Shown: positions 57,147 to 64,000 of the stretch, one piece after another
Layout: every line of letters begins with the position of its first letter
Numbering within the stretch: position 1 is the stretch's first letter
Source of the DNA: Candidatus Woesearchaeota archaeon
GTDB taxonomy: Archaea > Nanobdellota > Nanobdellia > Woesearchaeales > ARS49
Direction: 5' to 3'
DNA: 64,000 bases
NCBI GenBank assembly: GCA_038850615.1
Contig: JAWCLR010000001.1
Location: 16,637 to 80,636 of the forward strand
Translations under genes and position numbers: made by a program
Notes under the pieces: generated by a model
Database searches by the model: none
What the model was told of the DNA's origin: nothing
The model's input: the letters and a program-made list of their open reading frames with translations, nothing else

Positions 57147-57924
57147 AAAAATGAGCTTTCTTGACTTCCTGAATCCGGTTTTTGATTTTCTTTTCGGCTG
57201 GCTTTTGTTGATGACACCATTCTGGAGCATTTTGATACTCTCATTCATAATGTCGTTTATTGTCATAATCATCACTAAGTACACGACGGACCAAGACCTG
57301 ATGAAGCACCTCAAGGAGGAGAGTAAGGAATTGCAGAAGCAGATGAAGGAGCTTAAGGACCAGCCTGAGAAAATGATGGAGGTGCAGAAAAAGCACATGC
57401 AGAGTTCAATGAAATACATGAGCCAGAGCTTCAGGCCAATGATTTTCACGTTTATCCCAATAATTATTATTTTTGGCTGGATTTCAGCCCACCTTGCGTA
57501 TGAACCGATAATGCCTGGTCAGGAATTTTCCGTCAAGGTCCAGCTTGAGAAGGGCTTACAGGGCGTGATTGTGAACGCGACAGCGCCAGAAGGGATTACC
57601 TTGACAAGCAATGCCAGCAAGGAAGTAAGTGATGGTTTTGCAATCTTTACTTTCAAGGGCGATGCGGGCGATTATTCTTCGCCTAGCTTGATGTTTAACG
57701 TCAACGGCAAAGAATACTACAAGGAAGTCAAGATAACAACAAAGCGCGAATACGTCAATCCCATAAAGCCGATCAGGGACGGCACGGTAAAACAGATAGA
57801 AACCATCCATGAAAAGGTAAAGGTCATCAAGCTCGGCAATTTCTCACTGAGCTGGATATGGAGTTACATAATATTCTCAATCATATTCAGCAGCATTCTC
57901 AGGAAGTGGCTTAAGGTTTATTAA
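57139..57924 (+). CDS. DUF106 / EMC3-TMCO1-like (archaeal YidC/Oxa1-superfamily) membrane protein with inserted soluble domain
   Basis: 261 aa. TM1, then coiled-coil KHLKEESKELQKQMKELKDQPEKMMEVQKKHMQSSMKYMSQSFRPMIFTFIPIIII, about 110-aa insertion, C-terminal TM. Overlaps the secY stop. Occupies the position where adk usually lies. Confidence 0.65.
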   Translation: MAKKMSFLDFLNPVFDFLFGWLLLMTPFWSILILSFIMSFIVIIITKYTTDQDLMKHLKEESKELQKQMKELKDQPEKMMEVQKKHMQSSMKYMSQSFRPMIFTFIPIIIIFGWISAHLAYEPIMPGQEFSVKVQLEKGLQGVIVNATAPEGITLTSNASKEVSDGFAIFTFKGDAGDYSSPSLMFNVNGKEYYKEVKITTKREYVNPIKPIRDGTVKQIETIHEKVKVIKLGNFSLSWIWSYIIFSIIFSSILRKWLKVY

Positions 57925-57948
57925 CCAGAAAGCAAATTTTGTTCTCAA

Positions 57949-59145
57949 ATGGCGTTTTTCCATAAGGATGAGCTAAGGTTATTGTGGCCTTTTTATGCAG
58001 AATCAATACTGTCAACATTGTTGTTCATTTATCCGCCTTTTTGGGTTTTGTATTTTCAGTCAATAAACTTGTCCTTGTTTCAAATAGGCGTTTTGATGGT
58101 GCCGATTTCAGTTGCTTCTTTCCTTTTTGAGATTCCCACTGGTGCGATTGCGGATATTTTTGGCAGGAAATTCTCTACATTGCTTGGTTATTTTCTTTGT
58201 GGAATCCTTGTTTTTTCAATCTTTTTCTTTACTGGCTTTTGGGCTTTGTTTGTAATATTTACCCTTTGGGGGATTGCGGGCACTTTTATTTCAGGCGCGC
58301 AGGAGGCGTGGGTTGCTGACAACCTCAAGTTCAGGGGCAGGCCTTGGCTGTTAAAGGAATATTACATAAAGACCCACAGTTTCATAAGGCTTTCATTGCT
58401 TGTTGCTGGTTTTGTTGGTGCTTTTCTTGTCAAAATCTTTGGGTTGGGGATTATCTGGCCCATCACAGGGTTTTCGCTTATTTCTTCTGGGATCATACTT
58501 TCTTTTGTTGGTGAGAAAAGGGTAAAGCTAACCTGCCCGCACAACCTGCGGATGATTTATGACCAGTCGAAAAAGTCAATAAGATTTGGCATAACTCATC
58601 ATGTCCTTTTTTTCCTGTTTGCAATTGTTATTATTGAAGGATTGTGTGGTACATTAAGTGGTGAGTTCATGTGGCAGCCGTTCCTCAAGAACCTCGGCTT
58701 TCCTGTTTATGCATTTGGTTATCTTTTTTCAGGTCTGATGCTGATAGGCGCTTTTGCCCCTTACCTTGCAAAGCCGTTATTGAAAATTGCACGCACAGAG
58801 AGGGCGCTTCTCACAATAATAACTGTGTTTCATATAGCGCTGTTTATATCGGTGCTTTTTACAGGAAAATGGTTTGCCGCAATAATGATTATGGGACTAA
58901 TAACGCTCGGCTCTGATATTTACAACCCTTTGATGGGCTGTTATTTCCAGAAATTTGTTCCGTCGAGGATGCGGGCAACAACCGTTTCTTTCAAGCACAT
59001 GCTTTCCGACACAGGGTTTGCCATTAGCGGTCCCCTTGTGGGCTTTTTGGGCGATTTGTTTGGTCCAAGGTTTGCAATTGCATTGGGTGGATTAATCCTT
59101 GTGCCTGTTGTTTTTCTTTATTTGGCAATAAGAGAGAAAAAATGA
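57949..59145 (+). CDS. major facilitator superfamily transporter
   Basis: 398 aa, 12 TM. MFS motif region ...GAIADIFGRKFS... Confidence 0.7.
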   Translation: MAFFHKDELRLLWPFYAESILSTLLFIYPPFWVLYFQSINLSLFQIGVLMVPISVASFLFEIPTGAIADIFGRKFSTLLGYFLCGILVFSIFFFTGFWALFVIFTLWGIAGTFISGAQEAWVADNLKFRGRPWLLKEYYIKTHSFIRLSLLVAGFVGAFLVKIFGLGIIWPITGFSLISSGIILSFVGEKRVKLTCPHNLRMIYDQSKKSIRFGITHHVLFFLFAIVIIEGLCGTLSGEFMWQPFLKNLGFPVYAFGYLFSGLMLIGAFAPYLAKPLLKIARTERALLTIITVFHIALFISVLFTGKWFAAIMIMGLITLGSDIYNPLMGCYFQKFVPSRMRATTVSFKHMLSDTGFAISGPLVGFLGDLFGPRFAIALGGLILVPVVFLYLAIREKK

Positions 59146-59244
59146 ACTAATTCAACTCTGTCTGCTTTGCAATCCTGCCTTCATAAACAATTATTTTTGC
59201 ATAGCCGTTGCACTCACATGGTAAAGGCAAAGGGGGTGATTCTG

Positions 59245-59493
59245 TTATTTTTTGCCAATAAATACCTTGTTTTTGCCAAGTGTGATTACCTTGTCGTCTA
59301 TGGACTGTGCTGGCTTTGAAGGCTGTTCTGTGCCATGTAGAATACTGAATGGGCTTAGCTTGCGTTTCATGTGCGAATGGCATTTTTCACACAATAGATT
59401 GTCCAGCGCCTTGCCAGTAAGCGGTTTAGAAGCCTTTATGGTCTGGACATATCCACAGTTTTCATTCCTGCACTGGTATTCATAATACGGCAT
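59245..59493 (-). CDS. FmdB-family zinc-ribbon protein
   Basis: Starts MPYYEYQCRNENCGYVQTIKASKPLTGKALDNLLCEKCHSHMKRK (CxxC...CxxC with the (I/Y)YEY(R/Q)C signature). Internal Met of the track ORF used. Confidence 0.55.
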   Translation of the reverse strand: MPYYEYQCRNENCGYVQTIKASKPLTGKALDNLLCEKCHSHMKRKLSPFSILHGTEQPSKPAQSIDDKVITLGKNKVFIGKK

Positions 59494-59651
59494 AGCAATG
59501 ATGTAGGTTTGTTTGAATATAAAGATTAGGCACACAAGAGTTCCACAGGAAATGATGGAGGTATATCGTCGCTAATTTCCATATTTAAATACAAAAGTAT
59601 TTAAATACTCCCCCTTTTAAGCTTTAAAAACAGTTCACCTGAAATGGGGGT

Positions 59652-60251
59652 GTGAACATAATGGCAAAAAAAGCCGCTAAGAAATCAAAGGGTGCTGCTC
59701 CAAAAGCAGGACAGCGCGAAATTAAGGTCGTGAATATTGTCGTGAGCGCAAGCCTCGGGCATGATATTCCGCTTGAAAAAATGGCTGCCACTTTGAGCAA
59801 TACAGAATACAATCCTGAACAGTTTCCTGGGCTTGTGATAAGAATCAAGGAGCCCAAGACGTCTGCACTGATATTCTCATCAGGAAAGATTGTTTGTACC
59901 GGCGCAAGGAGTATGGACAAGGTTCACGAGTCAATAAGGAAAATCATAAAGTCCTTGGAAAAAATCAATGTCAAGATAAAGGTTGAGCCGCAGGTTAACA
60001 TCCAGAACATTGTTGCAGCAGGCAGTGTTGGAATGGACCTTAATCTGAACGTGCTCGCAATGAAGCTTGAAAATACAGAATACGAGCCAGAACAGTTCCC
60101 TGGGCTTGTTTATAAGTTGCCTGACCAGAAGGCGACTTTCCTGCTTTTCAGTAATGGAAAGGTGGTATGCACGGGCACTAAGAGCGAGGATGAGGTAAAC
60201 AAGGCTTTGGACAAACTGATAGAAAACCTGAAAAAGGCAAAAGGCAAGTGA
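59652..60251 (+). CDS. tbp: TATA-box binding protein
   Basis: 199 aa. Two direct repeats IVNIVVSASLGHDIPLEKMAATLSNTEYNPEQFPGLVIRIKEPK and IQNIVAAGSVGMDLNLNVLAMKLENTEYEPEQFPGLVYKL. Confidence 0.9.
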   Translation: MNIMAKKAAKKSKGAAPKAGQREIKVVNIVVSASLGHDIPLEKMAATLSNTEYNPEQFPGLVIRIKEPKTSALIFSSGKIVCTGARSMDKVHESIRKIIKSLEKINVKIKVEPQVNIQNIVAAGSVGMDLNLNVLAMKLENTEYEPEQFPGLVYKLPDQKATFLLFSNGKVVCTGTKSEDEVNKALDKLIENLKKAKGK

Positions 60252-60351
60252 GGGCTTCGGGATTCCGTAATAACGTCGTGCCTGCTCTGCACTAGCCACT
60301 GGTCATGCTCACGTAGGGTATAAAAAGATGGGGGTGGATGAATGAGGGGGT

Positions 60352-62418
60352 ATGCTCTCTCATTCGTACTTTAATATGGTAGATGCAGCAGTAGCTAAGC
60401 ATTTGGATGCCACAGAGCTTATTCAAAAACTGCATGATTTCTTTCAGCAACACTATTATGCTGAGCTTGTTGAGCAGGCAAGAAAGGGGCAAAAATGGTT
60501 GCATGTTGACTTTTCTTCATTAAGCAAGTTTGATCCTGATGTTGCTGATGCTCTTCTTGAGATGCCTGAGGAAGTCATCAAGGCTTCTGAGATTGCGATT
60601 GAGCAGTTTGATGTCCCTGGAGATGTTAAAGGTTTTGCAGTGAGGTTTTTCGGACTGCCAGAATCATGCAGGATTATGATAAGGAATATTCGTTCAGTGC
60701 ACTTGAACAAGCTTCTTTTTGTTGAGGGAATCGTGAGGCAGAAGTCAGACGTAAGACCTCAGGTCACAGAAGCAAGATTTGAGTGTCCAAGCTGCGGGAA
60801 TACGATTGCAATGCTGCAGTTGGACAGCAAGTTCAAGGAGCCAAGCAGGTGCAGTTGCGGAAGGAAAGGTAAGTTCAGGCTTTTGAGCAAGGTTCTTGTC
60901 GATGCCCAAGGGCTTGTTCTTGAGGAAGTTCCTGAGCAGTTAGAAGGTGGCGAGCAGCCCAAACGAATGAATGTCTTCCTGAAGAACGACCTTGTTAGCC
61001 CTTTAAGCGAAAAAAAGACAAATCCTGGCTCCAGAATAATAATTGTTGGAATCATAAAGGAAGTGCCTATCATAACACGTTCTGGCACACAAAGCACAAG
61101 GTTTGATCTCTTGCTGGAAGGAAATTCTGTCACAGCAGTTCAGGAGGAATTCACAGACATCCAGATTTCGCCGGAAGATGAGCAAAAAATCAAGGAATTG
61201 TCTAAAGATCCTGCGCTTGTCCGCAAACTTGTTGCTTCTGTTGCACCAAGCATTTACGGCCACGACCAAGTCAAAGAAGCATTGTTGCTTCAGATGTTTG
61301 GAGGGGTACGGAAGAAGCACGATGATGGCGTTATCCGCAGGGGCGACATCCACATCCTTTTGGTCGGAGACCCTGGAGCCGCAAAGTCCCAGATGCTCAA
61401 GCGTATGGCAGTAATTGCACCAAAGGGTAGGTACGTGACAGGGAAAGGCGCGTCTGGCGCAGGCCTTTCAGCAACCGTTGTCAAGGATGAGTTTTTGCAG
61501 GGTTGGAGCCTCGAAGCAGGGGCCCTTGTCCTAGCAAACAAGGGCATGGCGATGATTGATGAACTTGACAAGATGAGCAAGGAGGATACTTGGGCAATGC
61601 ACGAGGCCCTTGAACAGCAGACTGTTACCATAAGCAAGGCAAACATTCAGGCAACTTTGCGCTGCGAAACAACAGTGCTTGCTGCTGCAAACCCGAAATT
61701 CGGCAGGTTTGACCCTTATGACACAGTTGCTAACCAGATTGATTTGCCACCAACACTCATCAACCGCTTTGACCTGATTTTTCCAATAAAGGATGTTCCT
61801 AACCAGAAGACTGATGAAAAGCTTGCTTCATTCATGCTTGAGCTTCACCAGAACAATGTAGAAACGCCGCCTGTTTCCACAGAACTCCTGCGCAAGTACG
61901 TGGCTTATGCGCGCAAGAACATTTTTCCAAAACTTAGTGACGGAGCAATCGAGGAACTCAAGGAATACTTCATCAAGATGCGGGCTTCTGCAGGCACTGG
62001 CGCAAGCGCAAAGGCAGTTCCTGTTTCTGCAAGGCAGCTTGAAGGGCTTGTCAGGCTTAGCGAGGCGTCTGCAAGGCTGCACTTGCGTGATAAGGTCCTG
62101 AAGAAGGATGCAAAGAAAGCTGTGGAGCTCCTTGATTACTGCCTTAGACAGGTCGCAATGGATGAGGAAACAGGCCAGATTGACATTGACAGGATAGCAA
62201 CCGCAATGCCTGCCTCGCAAAGGAACAAGATAATGACTATTAAGGAAATCATTGCGGAGCTGGAGAACAAGGTCGGCAAGGTTGTGCCATTGGATGACAT
62301 TGTCAAGGCTGCCTCTGAAAAGGGCCTCAACGAGGCAGAGATTGAGGACATAATACAGCGTCTCAAGAAGTCAGGCGACATCTTTGAGCCCAGGCATGGA
62401 TTCATCAGCAGGATTTGA
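60352..62418 (+). CDS. mcm: MCM replicative helicase
   Basis: 688 aa. Zn finger CPSCGN...CSCG. Walker A LLVGDPGAAKSQ. Walker B MIDELDKM. Arginine finger SARQLE. Confidence 0.9.
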   Translation: MLSHSYFNMVDAAVAKHLDATELIQKLHDFFQQHYYAELVEQARKGQKWLHVDFSSLSKFDPDVADALLEMPEEVIKASEIAIEQFDVPGDVKGFAVRFFGLPESCRIMIRNIRSVHLNKLLFVEGIVRQKSDVRPQVTEARFECPSCGNTIAMLQLDSKFKEPSRCSCGRKGKFRLLSKVLVDAQGLVLEEVPEQLEGGEQPKRMNVFLKNDLVSPLSEKKTNPGSRIIIVGIIKEVPIITRSGTQSTRFDLLLEGNSVTAVQEEFTDIQISPEDEQKIKELSKDPALVRKLVASVAPSIYGHDQVKEALLLQMFGGVRKKHDDGVIRRGDIHILLVGDPGAAKSQMLKRMAVIAPKGRYVTGKGASGAGLSATVVKDEFLQGWSLEAGALVLANKGMAMIDELDKMSKEDTWAMHEALEQQTVTISKANIQATLRCETTVLAAANPKFGRFDPYDTVANQIDLPPTLINRFDLIFPIKDVPNQKTDEKLASFMLELHQNNVETPPVSTELLRKYVAYARKNIFPKLSDGAIEELKEYFIKMRASAGTGASAKAVPVSARQLEGLVRLSEASARLHLRDKVLKKDAKKAVELLDYCLRQVAMDEETGQIDIDRIATAMPASQRNKIMTIKEIIAELENKVGKVVPLDDIVKAASEKGLNEAEIEDIIQRLKKSGDIFEPRHGFISRI

Positions 62419-62421
62419 AAA

Positions 62422-62586
62422 TTACTTCTTTTTGTTGCGTCTGAGGTGTATGTAGCCAAGGAGGGACAAGCCTGCAACTACCAGCAATACACCTTGGATT
62501 CCAGGAAGAAACAATCCGATAATCCCCAGCACAACACACAATATTCCAAGGGTTTTCCAAATTGCTGAGTTCTTATTTTGTTTCAT
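62422..62586 (-). CDS. small membrane protein (YbaN/DUF454-like)
   Basis: Starts at internal Met MKQNKNSAIWKTLGILCVVLGIIGLFLPGIQGVLLVVAGLSLLG. 4-nt overlap with the upstream gene stop. Confidence 0.4.
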   Translation of the reverse strand: MKQNKNSAIWKTLGILCVVLGIIGLFLPGIQGVLLVVAGLSLLGYIHLRRNKKK

Positions 62587-63689
62587 TCTTCTATCGCTGG
62601 TGTTCCCTCTTGCTGGACTGTGGAGAGTCTTGCAAGACTCTGGCAACTTGTCAATAAATACTTGTTGGATAACTGTAGGCAGACGGAGAAGTCATTTGCC
62701 AGTGCAAATTCCATAAGGCAGTTGTCCCTTGCCCTTAAGTCTTGTATATTCATGCATAATGCGCTTTTTTTGCTCGCATTGGCTATTCGTGCAAAGCAGG
62801 GGTCTGCTGATTCTGGAATTGCCAGGCTGTTGCAGATTGTTGATGCCTTTTCAGGGTCTGACAATGCATACTTCAACGCCTGCTCAATTACTGCTTCCTT
62901 GTCCTGCACTGGTCCGCAATCTTGGGGGCAAGTTATTCTGCTCTCTCCCGATTCGCACTCCCCGTTACCACAAATGCCTTCAATGATTCTGTGGATGCAG
63001 GCTCCGCGCTCGCAGAGGTCCATCGTTGCAGGATTAAGGTCGTCGCAGGTTTCAGGGCAGGGAAGTTCTTCAGGAACAAGGTCTGTAGCTTCTGGAACTG
63101 TGGGGATTGTTTCGGCCTTTTCGGCAGAAACTATTGTGAATCCTGCACTTTGAACGCGTGTCAAACGTCCGTATCTTGCAGTAAGCGTTACTTTATATTC
63201 TCCGGCGCCAATATTCTCAGGCAGTGGAATGTTTTGTGTGTCAACCGCGCTTAGTCCAACGTCTGCCCTGCTTAACCTTGTTGTTATTATCCTGCGCGTG
63301 ACGGGGTCAAACACGACATAATCCAGTGATACAGGCACTGTTCGCTTCTGCTCTGATGTGAGTGTTGTCATTACAGATAGCGTTCCTCCTGGCACAACCT
63401 GTGGCTGCTCTATGCGCACCGAAAGCAAGATGTCCTTTCCAGTGGGTTTGAGCAGAAGAAACCCTGTAAATATAAGGATGGCGACCGCCAGTAGCCCCCC
63501 GACTACGATTAGGACCTTCCTTCCAATTAGTTCAATGCGCCTTTCAGTAGGCTTTGACGCAATGCGCAGGGCAAAATCAATATCCTGCGGGTTGTGGCCT
63601 GCGCCGAGTAGTGCTGCGCGTATTGCTTCAGGGGTATAGCCACGTTGCAACTGGGTGCGCACATATTCGTTAATGCTTCTCTCAACCAT
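62583..63689 (-). CDS. membrane-anchored protein with cytoplasmic helical N-domain and extracellular Cys-rich region
   Basis: Starts at ATG MVERSINEYVRTQLQRGYTPEAIRAALLGAGH. One TM (LIVVGGLLAVAILIFTGFLLL). Later CPETCDDLNPATMDLCERGACIHRIIEGICGNGECESGESRITCPQDCGP. TATA TTTATATA lies about 28 nt upstream. Confidence 0.55.
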   Translation of the reverse strand: MVERSINEYVRTQLQRGYTPEAIRAALLGAGHNPQDIDFALRIASKPTERRIELIGRKVLIVVGGLLAVAILIFTGFLLLKPTGKDILLSVRIEQPQVVPGGTLSVMTTLTSEQKRTVPVSLDYVVFDPVTRRIITTRLSRADVGLSAVDTQNIPLPENIGAGEYKVTLTARYGRLTRVQSAGFTIVSAEKAETIPTVPEATDLVPEELPCPETCDDLNPATMDLCERGACIHRIIEGICGNGECESGESRITCPQDCGPVQDKEAVIEQALKYALSDPEKASTICNSLAIPESADPCFARIANASKKSALCMNIQDLRARDNCLMEFALANDFSVCLQLSNKYLLTSCQSLARLSTVQQEGTPAIEE

Positions 63690-63822
63690 CTTCCTCAAAC
63701 TTGCGTGCGAGACTATATAAACTTTGCCGGAGAAAAAATTGTTAGGTCAGACGCCTGCCTGCAAGGTTGTTGCGAGAATACAAAACTATATAAAATATGA
63801 TAAACTGTTGTTCTCGCGGGGT

Positions 63823-64000
63823 ATGGTTGAAGAACAACAAAAGCGTCAGGTTGCGCGCAAGCTGTGGATAGGGGACATTCTTGCGGGCAAGTACGTGAAG
63901 GAGCAGGGTTCCAAGCCAAACCACATCATACTCAAAGACAATTCTATTGCCGCAAGGGTGAATATTATTGGTGTTGTAGTTTCAGCAAGCTCGGAAGGTC
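63823..64000 (+). CDS. OB-fold nucleic-acid-binding protein (SSB/RPA-like), 5' part only
   Basis: MVEEQQKRQVARKLWIGDILAGKYVKEQGSKPNHIILKDNSIAARVNIIGVVVSASSEG continues past the window end. TATA CTATATAAAA lies about 30 nt upstream. Confidence 0.5.
   Translation, partial: MVEEQQKRQVARKLWIGDILAGKYVKEQGSKPNHIILKDNSIAARVNIIGVVVSASSEG

Noticed and set aside
63713-63924. Two short minus-strand ORFs
   Set aside because: They lie in the divergent promoter region and overlap the start of the OB-fold gene.
1-64000. Search for CRISPR arrays, transposases, integrases, phage genes
   Set aside because: No spaced direct-repeat array and no recombinase or transposase-like ORF seen in six frames. The window looks like core chromosome.

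Overview
This is an archaeal chromosomal window with about 47% GC and dense coding on both strands. It is dominated by information-processing genes.

Main contents:
- A complete S10/spc-type ribosomal-protein cluster runs from uL3 to uL15 and SecY (44.0-57.1 kb, + strand).
- The alpha-operon genes S13, S4, S11, RpoD, tRNA-Leu, L18e, L13, S9 and RpoN lie at 16.6-20.5 kb on the - strand.
- Replication and repair genes: Top6B (partial), archaeal DnaG, gyrase A, PCNA, Hef helicase-nuclease, a fused PriS-PriL(CTD) primase, MCM, TBP, ScpB and RNase J.
- Bacterial-type GyrA and LeuRS sit beside the archaeal core. Together with the fused primase this suggests a DPANN-like or small-genome archaeon, but I cannot confirm that from sequence alone.
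- Untranslated RNA genes I recognised: SRP (7S) RNA, RNase P RNA (antisense to a spurious 182-aa ORF), tRNA-Leu(GAG), tRNA-His(GUG) with an encoded G-1, tRNA-Gly(CCC), and an intron-containing tRNA-Leu(CAA).
- No CRISPR array, transposase or integrase was seen.

Candidates for novel biology:
- A tandem trio of paralogous coiled-coil proteins next to ScpB and a non-canonical ScpB partner.
- A DnaG-linked four-gene operon ending in a HerA/FtsK-like ATPase.
- A three-gene operon: 6x29-aa repeat protein, B-box-like zinc finger, coiled-coil protein.
- A SAM methyltransferase interrupted exactly at an A_AAA_AAA slippery heptamer.
- An M50-like membrane protein with a degenerate HExxH motif.
- A convergent PIN/RHH gene pair.
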